This document shows positions 28,545-36,835 of a DNA stretch of 64,000 nt, one piece after another; position 1 is the stretch's first letter; the number at the start of each line of letters is the position of its first letter. The DNA comes from a virus. The notes beneath the pieces are model-generated. The model was given only the letters and a program-made list of their open reading frames with translations. It was not told where the DNA came from and did no database searches. Both the position numbers and the translations under genes were made by a program. The DNA lies in IMG/VR virus record IMGVR_UViG_3300045988_116984. One strand, 5' to 3'.

Positions 28545-30194
28545 ATGTCTATCTATTCAGGTAGAACACAAGTCCCATTCTATTATAGCTGTTACGGCTA
28601 TACAAGAGGCGGAGGAAAAACATGGCATGGAGGTATTGATGTTGTTGGAGTTGACGATACTACAATACGCATGCCAGACTACGATGGTAAGTCAATTAGT
28701 GGTACAGTTGTTTCTTCTAGGATAGTTGATAAAAGTACAGGCGATTTGACATGGGAGTGGGGTTGGTATGTTTGTGTCCAACTAGATGCTAACCAAACTC
28801 CTGATACCGTAAACTATCTATATTTTTGTCACAATGAAAGAAACCTAGTAACTGTTGGACAAAAAGTAAAGACTGGTGATGCTCTTGCTATTATGGGCAA
28901 CAGTGGTAACGCGGCTTTAGCAAATCCTCCAATCAAACATTGTCACTTTGAAGTAAGAGCAACGAGAAGTGGAAAGGGACTCGACCCAACACATTATTCT
29001 GGGACAAAGAACGCAGTTGGCACATATGATTCGTCCAACTCAAATAGTGATTCTGGAAATACTAATGTTTTATATAATGGGATTGACGTTTCAAAATATC
29101 AGGGAGTAATCAATTGGCCACAAGTAAAAGCGGCTGGATATAAATTTGCGTTTATTCGAGTAGGGTATTGTGGATATGATGGACGTATTATTGATGGATA
29201 CGACCCATATTATGAGACAAATATGAAGAACGCAATAGCGGCTGGAATAGACGTCGGTGTATATGTTTACTCATATGCTAAGACAGTTGAAGCGGCTAAA
29301 ATAGCGGCTCAAGATGTTATCAATAGGGTAAAACCATATACAGTAACAATGCCTATTGCTTTTGACTTCGAGGACAGTTCTCTATATTCAACGATAGGTA
29401 AAGCCGCGAATACAGAAATATGTAAGGCGTTTTTAAGCGAAGTACAAAGACTTGGATATTATTCAATGCTTTATACATATACAAACTTTGCCAATACGTT
29501 GCTTGATATGTCACAATTAAGTGCTTATGACATGTGGCTTGCTGACTATACAGGAAGTCCTGGATATTCTGGCTCTTATAGTATATGGCAATATAGCTCA
29601 AAAGGCTCTGTGGCTGGAATTAGCGGAAATTGTGACGTAAACTATGAATACAAAGACCACCCAGCTATTATAAGAGCAGCTGGACTTAACGGATTGGGGG
29701 AACCAACTGTGGAGAAACTTACAAATACACTTCTTAGGGTATCAATGGTAGGAGAAAAGAATCCTAATCAATACTTCAACAGCAAAGACACAAATGATAT
29801 TGTTGGGTATCTTGACATTGGTGACTATGAAGCAATTGAGAAAAATAGTGCTTTAGAGAATGGGTTCTGGTGGGTTAAATTTAAACATACAGACGGTAAA
29901 GAATATTGGGCTGTATATGACAACCATGACGGCGGAGCAATCAGTGACGGTAGAGCAGTGCTTGTAGCTGGTTCTATTAAACCCGACCCTGAACCCGAAC
30001 CAGAGCCTACGCCTCCTGCCAGTGAACTTGTAAAACAAATCGAGGAATTGATGAAACAACTCGAAGATTTGATGAAGCAAGTTGATGATGCTTTGGCGAA
30101 AGCGAATGCTCTCGAAGAAGAAAACAAAAGACTTGTAGCTGAAAACGAACAGCTTAAAGCCAAAATTGAGGCGGCTAAGGCCGCTCTAGCATAA
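28545..30194 (+). CDS. endolysin: M23 peptidase + GH25 muramidase + C-terminal coiled coil
   Basis: M23 motifs WHGGIDV and HCHFEV; GH25 motif NGIDVSKYQGVINWPQVKAAGYKFAFIRVGY; a PDPEPEPEPTPP linker; then a heptad-like tail. Confidence 0.85.
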   Translation: MSIYSGRTQVPFYYSCYGYTRGGGKTWHGGIDVVGVDDTTIRMPDYDGKSISGTVVSSRIVDKSTGDLTWEWGWYVCVQLDANQTPDTVNYLYFCHNERNLVTVGQKVKTGDALAIMGNSGNAALANPPIKHCHFEVRATRSGKGLDPTHYSGTKNAVGTYDSSNSNSDSGNTNVLYNGIDVSKYQGVINWPQVKAAGYKFAFIRVGYCGYDGRIIDGYDPYYETNMKNAIAAGIDVGVYVYSYAKTVEAAKIAAQDVINRVKPYTVTMPIAFDFEDSSLYSTIGKAANTEICKAFLSEVQRLGYYSMLYTYTNFANTLLDMSQLSAYDMWLADYTGSPGYSGSYSIWQYSSKGSVAGISGNCDVNYEYKDHPAIIRAAGLNGLGEPTVEKLTNTLLRVSMVGEKNPNQYFNSKDTNDIVGYLDIGDYEAIEKNSALENGFWWVKFKHTDGKEYWAVYDNHDGGAISDGRAVLVAGSIKPDPEPEPEPTPPASELVKQIEELMKQLEDLMKQVDDALAKANALEEENKRLVAENEQLKAKIEAAKAALA

Positions 30195-30200
30195 AAAATT

Positions 30201-30231
30201 AAAGGCTAACCCGTATGGGTTAGCCTTTTTT
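30201..30231. terminator. bidirectional rho-independent terminator between convergent operons
   Basis: AAAGGCTAACCC-GTAT-GGGTTAGCCTTT flanked by A-run and T-run. Confidence 0.8.
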
Positions 30232-30251
30232 ACACGCCTATTTTATAATTA

Positions 30252-30818
30252 TTATTCTACCGATTCTACACTTTCTTCTGGAATAACTAGAGTATCTCTT
30301 TTAACAAATGAAACCTTGTACGGCAAGACAGCAATTGTCTTTTTATGTACGGTTTTTATTGTTTTTTCTCCGCTCTTTTCAACACTACATGTGTCAAAAT
30401 CGCCATCTTCTGTATACAAAATACAGTTACCAATCTCAAACTTTAAGTCATAATACCAAAAATCTTCTTCATAGTTTTCTGGCTTAATTGCCTCTGGTAA
30501 ATCCATATTCTTCCACAATGCTTCAAGCACACTTGTTGTGATAAAATCATCACAATCTTCATCATTATATATTACAGCGCATCGTGTGGCATTAAACTCA
30601 ATATCATTGTTAAAATATACTTCAAGCGAGCGTTCGTATTTATTGTCATTTGATATTTGTCTGCCAATAAAAGGAAGCTCAAAATGAATAGTATTTTCAA
30701 GTGTATTTAGTGTGTTTTTATTCTCATAAGCAATATCGAAATCTTTGATATAAAAAGAATCATCTTTCATATTATCTAGATTTCCATATATTTCCTTTAC
30801 AAATTTAATTGAACGCAT
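30252..30818 (-). CDS. hypothetical acidic protein (188 aa)
   Basis: Last gene of the leftward operon; starts 3 nt after the upstream stop. Confidence 0.6.
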   Translation of the reverse strand: MRSIKFVKEIYGNLDNMKDDSFYIKDFDIAYENKNTLNTLENTIHFELPFIGRQISNDNKYERSLEVYFNNDIEFNATRCAVIYNDEDCDDFITTSVLEALWKNMDLPEAIKPENYEEDFWYYDLKFEIGNCILYTEDGDFDTCSVEKSGEKTIKTVHKKTIAVLPYKVSFVKRDTLVIPEESVESVE

Positions 30819-30821
30819 ATC

Positions 30822-31013
30822 TTACTCCTCGGCTTTATAATATAGCCCGCAATGGCAATATCCAGTGGTATTTTGATTTACAAATTCCTCGCACATACAT
30901 TTATTCTCTTTTAGTTTTCCAAGCTTACATGGGCAATATCCGTCTTTTTTCTTCAAAGCTTCTCTTATTTTTGATTCATGTTCTTTATCATCGGTTACAA
31001 ATATTTTAAGCAT
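30822..31013 (-). CDS. ferredoxin:thioredoxin reductase catalytic-subunit-like (FTR/FDR-like) small Fe-S protein
   Basis: 63 aa with the CPC-x10-CMC-x13-CHC spacing (GYCPCKLGKLKENKCMCEEFVNQNTTGYCHCGLYY) characteristic of FTR catalytic chains. Confidence 0.55.
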   Translation of the reverse strand: MLKIFVTDDKEHESKIREALKKKDGYCPCKLGKLKENKCMCEEFVNQNTTGYCHCGLYYKAEE

Positions 31014-31491
31014 TATATGATTTCCTAAATAAATGTGTTAAATCTTCAAATTCTTTATTTTTTATATGATAGAATTTTTGATTTGTTTTCCCCGAATCGA
31101 GTCCACCATACTCTTTAATATAAGGGCCAATCTTCAAATAATCAATAATATTGTCGTTAATTAAATCTGCGAAAGAAGTTATGCTTTGTAGTCCACTATA
31201 AATACATGTTTTTAGATTCGGATATTTTTCTTTGATTGACTTTATAAATAGATAAAGTTCTTCTATATTTTGGTCGCCGCCCATAAAACAAACACATGTA
31301 ATAAATGTATTATATCTATCAATTATTTTTAAATAATCCTCTTTTACATATTTACCAACATAATCCCATAGATATTTAGAGTGGCAACCCTCACATTTGT
31401 GAGGGCAACCACTAATATTGAACACAAGAGTTGTTTCGTTCGGTACTTCTTGGAACACTATATCATAAGAACAATATTTTAGATTAAGCAT
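31006..31491 (-). CDS. nrdG: anaerobic ribonucleotide reductase activating protein (radical SAM)
   Basis: CPHKCEGC radical-SAM cluster motif. ATG 31491 overlaps the nrdD stop (ATGCTTAA). Confidence 0.85.
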   Translation of the reverse strand: MLNLKYCSYDIVFQEVPNETTLVFNISGCPHKCEGCHSKYLWDYVGKYVKEDYLKIIDRYNTFITCVCFMGGDQNIEELYLFIKSIKEKYPNLKTCIYSGLQSITSFADLINDNIIDYLKIGPYIKEYGGLDSGKTNQKFYHIKNKEFEDLTHLFRKSYNA

Positions 31492-31930
31492 AATATCTAT
31501 CACGTTCTTCTTTTTGACGCGCCTCAGAGAAGTTTGATACACGTTTCAAATACCCAATTACTCTAGTGGCATAATCAAGATTTTCGCTTCCGCATTTTGG
31601 ACATTTATTTAAACGATGTTTACTAATATGGCCACATTCGTTACAGATTGTATTTGGAACATTGAATGTAAAATACGAACATCCTGTTGACATTGCGGTA
31701 TCGAGCAAATGTTTATACTGTTCTTTTGTAAGGTGTTCGTTCAGATTGGCATGAAGGGCGCTACCACCATCAAGATATTTTGTTAGCTTTTCTCCATGTA
31801 ATATAAACTTATCAATAAGATTTACACTATCATCTTCCACACGATAGAAATAACTATTATAACACTCTCTTGGTACATATAGCCCATCTTTTTTATCCCA
31901 GCCTGAATTTTTAACGCCTAGATTTTCCGC
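31484..31930 (-). CDS. nrdD: anaerobic (class III) ribonucleotide reductase, exon 2
   Basis: AENLGVKN..., a Zn-ribbon (CNECGH...CPKCGS) and the glycyl-radical motif RVIGYL. Joins ...NTEFVP of exon 1 in frame. Confidence 0.85.
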   Translation of the reverse strand, partial: AENLGVKNSGWDKKDGLYVPRECYNSYFYRVEDDSVNLIDKFILHGEKLTKYLDGGSALHANLNEHLTKEQYKHLLDTAMSTGCSYFTFNVPNTICNECGHISKHRLNKCPKCGSENLDYATRVIGYLKRVSNFSEARQKEERDRYYA

Positions 31931-32821
31931 CATTCTGTTGCTTTTATGACCTACATCAATTCTTTTTCAGCATTAGTACGTGCTTCTAATGCTAACTCAT
32001 AAGTTTCAAACGTACCTAAGTAGTGCGTTTTATAATTTTTTGTGATTGTGACTTGATATTTACCAGAAGGAACTCTTTTTATCCCTTTTCTATCAATTGA
32101 TTGGTTCCTAATGTTATCAGAATGTTCTATTACCCTAAGATTATTTTTACGGTTATCCATTCCGTTTCTATTTATATGGTCTATATCTTTGTCACCATAA
32201 TAATTAAGAATAAATCTATGTAAGAACGTTTGTTTTCCATTTATATTAGTCATAGCATAATTTGTATTTTTGCTTCTTTTTATGTGCCATTTACGCTCTA
32301 AGCAACGTTGTAAATCATCTGTGTCTATTATAGCTCTGCCAATCTCTTTACAATTCTTATCATTAATTATAATTTCTGAATAATCATCAAATATAATATA
32401 ATCGTTTTTATCATAAATGGTTTTATCTAAGAAGCCGCCATGTCTATATAATTGTGTTATATGGCGAGTACATAAGTTCATGCCCCTAATCGTTCTTATG
32501 CGTTTCTTATCGCTTGTTATTCCACATACGTCACACTCTATAATTTATACTCCTTTCTATATTTTAATAGCACGTTTTATGATGTAGGCGGTGATGGTTC
32601 TTCCAAGAGTGTCTTTACACTCGACCATCACTCACTATGTTACCATAGTGTTCAGACTATCGCACCAGCACCTAAGTGCTGCTTCTTCATTTAGTCGTTC
32701 ACGCTGCCATTACGCTTGCGCCCTGTTATCCAACTGTAAAGACAATTGGAACTCCAAGTCAATTAGAAGAAGTTTTTATATGACAGTTTATGTATTATGC
32801 TGCCAAGTGCCCACTCATTTT
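31931..32821 (-). mobile_element. group I intron interrupting nrdD (carries an HNH endonuclease ORF)
   Basis: 891 nt lie between the conserved ...FNTEFVP and AENLGVK... The 5' exon ends in U, the intron ends in G, and both exons are multiples of 3. The upstream ~340 nt are GC-enriched and non-coding. Confidence 0.7.
31951..32481 (-). CDS. HNH homing endonuclease with AP2 DNA-binding domain (intron-encoded)
   Basis: DHINRNGMDNRKNNLRVIEHSDN (HNH) plus GIKRVPSGKYQVTITKNYKTHYLGTFETYELA (AP2). The frame stays open upstream to an ATT/ATA at 32544/32541 behind an AAAGGAG RBS. Confidence 0.8.
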   Translation of the reverse strand: MNLCTRHITQLYRHGGFLDKTIYDKNDYIIFDDYSEIIINDKNCKEIGRAIIDTDDLQRCLERKWHIKRSKNTNYAMTNINGKQTFLHRFILNYYGDKDIDHINRNGMDNRKNNLRVIEHSDNIRNQSIDRKGIKRVPSGKYQVTITKNYKTHYLGTFETYELALEARTNAEKELM

Positions 32822-34225
32822 AGGCACAAATTCGGTATTAAACATTATTTCGGATGTTCTGTCTCTTTTGTTTATAGTATAAATAGGTTTAAGAATAGCT
32901 TCTCCATATTTGAAATATTCTTCATTTACAGTAGGTTGAATCCCTAAAAATTCTGCTCCCTCTACAAATCCATTAATTCCAATAGTAAGATACTGTTTTT
33001 CCATCGAAATATATCCGGCATCATATACTGGAAGCATATGGTTTTTGAGGTTGTCTTTTACAATTTCGTTATACGAAATCATATATTTATGAATTTTTTC
33101 TACCTGTTCAGCTACTCTTTCACTAATATCTTCAAGCGTAATTTTGCCTTTTTCTTTTGCTAAATTTTGAATAAGTCTATTGAGGTTGATGGTCATAACG
33201 CCTTTACTGCCTGTACTTATTCCACCAGCACCAAGCGTGTATGAAAACGTGTTCTCTGTCACTTCGTTCTTTAAACGACAGCACGATGCTAATGCGTCAA
33301 CACTATTACTCGTATAGCAGAAAAATGAATGTCCTTCGCTCCACATTTCGGCCGTGAAATCATACCATTCTTTATCTACATATTCTGTGCCATTATTGAG
33401 CAGATTGACAGTTTCAACTGGGAATGTAAGAATTTTCTTCAATCGCTCAGCGTTAAACCATTTCATAAACTTCTTTTGAAGCCAATTTACGCTTTCCCAG
33501 ATTGGAGAAGAACCATCAGGGAATACAAACTCACTAAACATCCCATCGAAGTATGGTTTATCAAAATAAGCTATATTCCAGAATACTGACTGAAAGTTTC
33601 TGGCACCAGCAGGGTCGTTTATTGTATAGACAACTTGTTGAAATTTGTTTTCAATAAGATTTTCTAGAGACTTTGGCTCTTTACCAAGAATAACATTATC
33701 AGAAACATGTTTATAGTAGTCGTCACCAAAATCCTTCCTGATAAAGTAATCCATATACATAAGGAACTCTGGTGTGGCAACTGCTCCAGCGAATTGTGAA
33801 GCAACAGCGTATACAAGATTAACGAAACTTCCGCAGAATGAATCAAGATGTTTCGGAGCTTCTGAATTTCCTCCGATATTTGTTGTGCCACTGAACAAGA
33901 ATGGATACATTGTTATGCTTACACAATAAGGCAACATGGGATTCGTTTCGTCATGCCTATAAATCTCGTGCGAATCTAGTTGACGAATGTATTCTTCAGC
34001 CAGTTCTTCTCCATAAAGCTCCGTAATCTTATTAATCATAAGAAGCCGGTTTGTGCCAATTGCTTCTTTTTTATACATTTCGCCGGTACAAGTCGTTACG
34101 TTTTTATGCTCTACATTAGCATTGGAATCAACTTCGCTTCCGCTTGAAGCATTTACTGCTTTACGATATCTGTCGATGAAATTAAGGTATTTTGTGTATT
34201 GATTCTTATACTTCTCTATTCCCAT
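32822..34225 (-). CDS. nrdD: anaerobic (class III) ribonucleotide reductase, exon 1
   Basis: 468 codons with NrdD-type sequence (YCVSITMYPF, GGNSEAPKHLDSFCGSF, SQFAGAVATPEF). The track ORF runs 9 codons into the intron. Confidence 0.85.
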
Positions 34226-34228
34226 TTG

Positions 34229-34435
34229 TTAATCCCCCATGCTATTTATTAAATTATAAGCATCCCGAAAGTTGTACAGTTTTCCATCAACTGATAACAT
34301 CGGCATACTTGTAAAACCGAGCTTAATCATTTCATTTTCATCTGTAAAAATATCATAATCGACGTTTTTTGACCTCAATATTTTTTCAAGTATAATACAC
34401 TGTGGACAATGATTAGAATATAAAATTACTTTCAT
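34229..34435 (-). CDS. glutaredoxin/NrdH-like redoxin (CPQC)
   Basis: MKVILYSNHCPQC..., 68 aa, ATG 34435 after GGAG. I trimmed track ORF 34229..34477. Confidence 0.75.
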   Translation of the reverse strand: MKVILYSNHCPQCIILEKILRSKNVDYDIFTDENEMIKLGFTSMPMLSVDGKLYNFRDAYNLINSMGD

Positions 34436-34448
34436 AGCTTCTCCAATA

Positions 34449-34904
34449 TTAGTTTGTTTCATCGGAATATACAACAACGCCGTTTACAGTATATGTGCTT
34501 GTTTTTTCTACGCACAAATTATACATAACTTCCACTACATTTTCCGAAACACTTACGCTAACTATATTACTATAACTAGACAAATCATCTTCTTTTCTAT
34601 TAGCCAGCAATATATGATGGTTAAACGTTATATTTCTTGCTTCAACCCATCCAGCCTCGAATGTAAAGAATTTGTGCTCCGGAGCACAAATAATTGGTTC
34701 ATCAATTCCGTTTACTGTAAAAACAAGGATATGTCCACTGTATATATGGCTAACGACATTATTTACTCGATTGTATGTTAAGTCGTGCGACAAAACCATG
34801 TCACCGACTTTTATATCTTCAATGTTATGTATTCCACGGTTTGTAATAACTTTATGCCCAGCCATGAAACAGTCGGAACTACAACTGCTCAATAACATTA
34901 CCAC
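34449..34904 (-). CDS. free-standing Hint-domain (degenerate mini-intein-like) protein
   Basis: Block A CFMAGHKVITNRGIHNIEDIKVGDMV, block B ICAPEHKFF, block F/G MYNLCVEKTSTYTVNGVVVYS. Only an 11-aa leader and no C-extein; the terminal HN is replaced by YS. Confidence 0.65.
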   Translation of the reverse strand: MVMLLSSCSSDCFMAGHKVITNRGIHNIEDIKVGDMVLSHDLTYNRVNNVVSHIYSGHILVFTVNGIDEPIICAPEHKFFTFEAGWVEARNITFNHHILLANRKEDDLSSYSNIVSVSVSENVVEVMYNLCVEKTSTYTVNGVVVYSDETN

Positions 34905-34906
34905 CT

Positions 34907-35080
34907 TTATTGTTTATCTATCCATGCCAATGCCGCATTGTAATTGTACAAAGTTCCATTTACACTTATAGAATATTCAGTATCACCCGCAGGAACTTCT
35001 GTATATTCTATTTTCTTGATATTTAAAAAGGCTTTTATATCTTGATAATATAAAGAGCCATCATCATATAGTATTACCAT
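34907..35080 (-). CDS. redoxin-fold paralogue lacking the CxxC motif
   Basis: MVILYDDGSLYYQDIKAFL... aligns with the NrdH-like protein, but CPQC is replaced by GSLY. ATG 35080 overlaps the dUTPase stop. Confidence 0.55.
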   Translation of the reverse strand: MVILYDDGSLYYQDIKAFLNIKKIEYTEVPAGDTEYSISVNGTLYNYNAALAWIDKQ

Positions 35081-35567
35081 CTGTGCTTCCAAAACCACCG
35101 TTTCTTTCTTTGTCAACAGAATCATCATCTGTCGTATAGAATTTACTAAACACTCCCTGTACAAACCCTTTACCAGCGGGCACTTCAACATCTACGCCTT
35201 TTCTGTTATCGTTTATCATTGTAATTGATATATGTCCCTCGTTATCCGAGAAAACAAAATCGCTATCCACAATACCAACTACATTGTTTAACTGAAGCCT
35301 ATTTCTAATTCCAAGTCCACTTCTTGGATAAATCATAAGAACAATATCTTCTGGCATATAACATCGAATACCAGTCGGTATTGATATTTCTTCTCCGGCC
35401 TTTAAAGCAATATCAAAAGGAGCAAAAAAGTCATAACCTGCAGAACCTTTTGTGGCGCGTTTTGGCAATTTAATATTATCATACGCTTTCTTAGATTCTT
35501 CATCACTAAAAAACGGAGTGGATTTCCTAAATTCTTCAAAACTTACTTTTTTAAAAGCTATATACAT
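35064..35567 (-). CDS. dut: dUTP diphosphatase
   Basis: AGYDF, IYPRSGLG, GIVDSDF and GGFGSTD motifs of trimeric dUTPases; AAGGAG RBS. Confidence 0.85.
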   Translation of the reverse strand: MYIAFKKVSFEEFRKSTPFFSDEESKKAYDNIKLPKRATKGSAGYDFFAPFDIALKAGEEISIPTGIRCYMPEDIVLMIYPRSGLGIRNRLQLNNVVGIVDSDFVFSDNEGHISITMINDNRKGVDVEVPAGKGFVQGVFSKFYTTDDDSVDKERNGGFGSTDGNTI

Positions 35568-35577
35568 TTAATGCTCC

Positions 35578-35736
35578 TTAAATATCACCTATAAATAATC
35601 TATCTACATTTCCGCAATCACTACAAGTCACGACAACACAGTTTTCATCGGCGTCGTATTCAAGCTCGTACTTGTCTGAATCGCACATTTTACAATAAAT
35701 TTCAAAATCAAACGTTTCATTCTCGAAAGTCAACAT
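35578..35736 (-). CDS. small zinc-ribbon protein (52 aa), first gene of the leftward operon
   Basis: CKMC...x23...CSDC; AAAGGTGGTG RBS. Below the ORF-track cutoff. Confidence 0.5.
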   Translation of the reverse strand: MLTFENETFDFEIYCKMCDSDKYELEYDADENCVVVTCSDCGNVDRLFIGDI

Positions 35737-35765
35737 TTTCACCACCTTTGAGGGAAAGTAATCAT

Positions 35766-35794
35766 ATTATACCACAAAATTGTTTATTTGTCAA
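35766..35794 (-). promoter_or_regulatory. leftward sigma-A-type promoter (proximal)
   Basis: On the minus strand: TTGACA (35794-35789), 17 bp, TGgTATAAT (35774-35766). Confidence 0.7.
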
Positions 35795-35890
35795 TACCAT
35801 AATTGTGAAAGATTTGTAAACAAATTGTGAACAACTATACATATTTTTCATATTCTCAGCCTTGAAGAAGTAATTTATTGCTATGTTTGT

Positions 35891-35919
35891 ATTATAACAT
35901 ATCTTGCTGTAAAAGTCAA
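35891..35919 (-). promoter_or_regulatory. leftward sigma-A-type promoter (distal)
   Basis: On the minus strand: TTGACT (35919-35914), 17 bp, TATAAT (35896-35891). Confidence 0.6.
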
Positions 35920-35939
35920 TACCTTAATTGTAAATAAAT

Positions 35940-36580
35940 TATTAACAAATTACTGCAATATTATTATAAGCTTATAGATTTATACGCTTGTATTACAAGC
36001 TAGTCTATAATATAGGCTTATATACTAGCTTATATTTCTATACGCTTATCTACACGTTTATAAAACTATACGCTTGTAATATAATATATATTATATAAAC
36101 AAAAAAACTAAATATTATATTAAAACGGTAGTTACTACTTTGAGCGTATAGAAAAGCTTATAGTATGACAAGCTTATATACAAGCTTATAGATTTATACG
36201 CTTATAATACTAACTTATAAATCTATAAGCGTATATTACTAGCTTGTAGTATTATAAGCTAGTAATATATATTATTATATATAAATATATAATTATAAGC
36301 TTATATTATATACTAGTTTGTAATATAAGCTTATAATACTACAAGCTAGTTACATGATTGTCATACTATAAGCTTTTCTATACGCTCAAAGTAGTAACAT
36401 CTTTTTAAATATTATATTATTTTTTTGTTTATATAATATATATTATACTACAAGCTTGTAGTATTATTAGCTTATATATAAGCTTATATTATAGACTAGC
36501 TTATAATACAAGCGTATAAATCTATAAGCTTATATTACAAGCATATAGCATTACAGGCTTGTAACTGTATTACAGTAGTT
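35940..36580. repeat. AT-rich quasi-palindrome with iterons (probable replication origin)
   Basis: Arms match in inverted orientation: 35967-36010 with 36481-36533, and 36120-36172 with 36350-36405. Many copies of ATAAGCTTAT / TATACGCTTAT / ACAAGCT(T/A)GT. No ORF. Confidence 0.6.
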
Positions 36581-36608
36581 TGTTCACAAATTATTTACAA
36601 TTGAGGTA

Positions 36609-36637
36609 TTGACTTCTTCTCGGCAATGTGGTATAAT
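36609..36637 (+). promoter_or_regulatory. rightward sigma-A-type promoter (distal)
   Basis: TTGACT (36609-14), 17 bp, TGgTATAAT (36629-37). Confidence 0.65.
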
Positions 36638-36757
36638 AGCATCGTTGATTGAGTTTGTGATTGTGATTATTGTGATTGTTAGTGCGTTTTGTGTAATTTT
36701 AGTGTATTTTTTATATGTGGTGCTTGTTTTGTTCATAAATTGTTTACAATTAGGGTA

Positions 36758-36786
36758 TTGACAAATTGATTGAAGTGTGGTATAAT
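36758..36786 (+). promoter_or_regulatory. rightward sigma-A-type promoter (proximal) of the early/replication operon
   Basis: TTGACA (36758-63), 17 bp, TGgTATAAT (36778-86). Confidence 0.7.
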
Positions 36787-36835
36787 ACAAATACAGTCGA
36801 AAACGACAACAAAATATTTCATTTAGGAGTAACTT

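Noticed and set aside
32591-32947. 118-aa plus-strand ORF
   Set aside because: It is antisense to the nrdD exon 1/intron junction inside a minus-strand operon, and it has no RBS.
34229-35080. Intein inserted in frame in one of the redoxin genes
   Set aside because: Both redoxin paralogues are complete and aligned end to end with each other. Stop codons and a frame change separate them from the Hint ORF.
35940-36580. CRISPR array as an explanation for the dense repeats
   Set aside because: The repeats are short (about 10-12 bp), overlapping and irregularly spaced, and they form a global inverted symmetry. There is no repeat-spacer periodicity and no cas genes.
35940-36580. Telomere-resolution (protelomerase) site of a linear plasmid-prophage
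   Set aside because: No protelomerase-sized gene is adjacent. The only recombinase is a 348-aa XerC/D-type enzyme 29 kb away. The position between divergent early operons fits an origin better.
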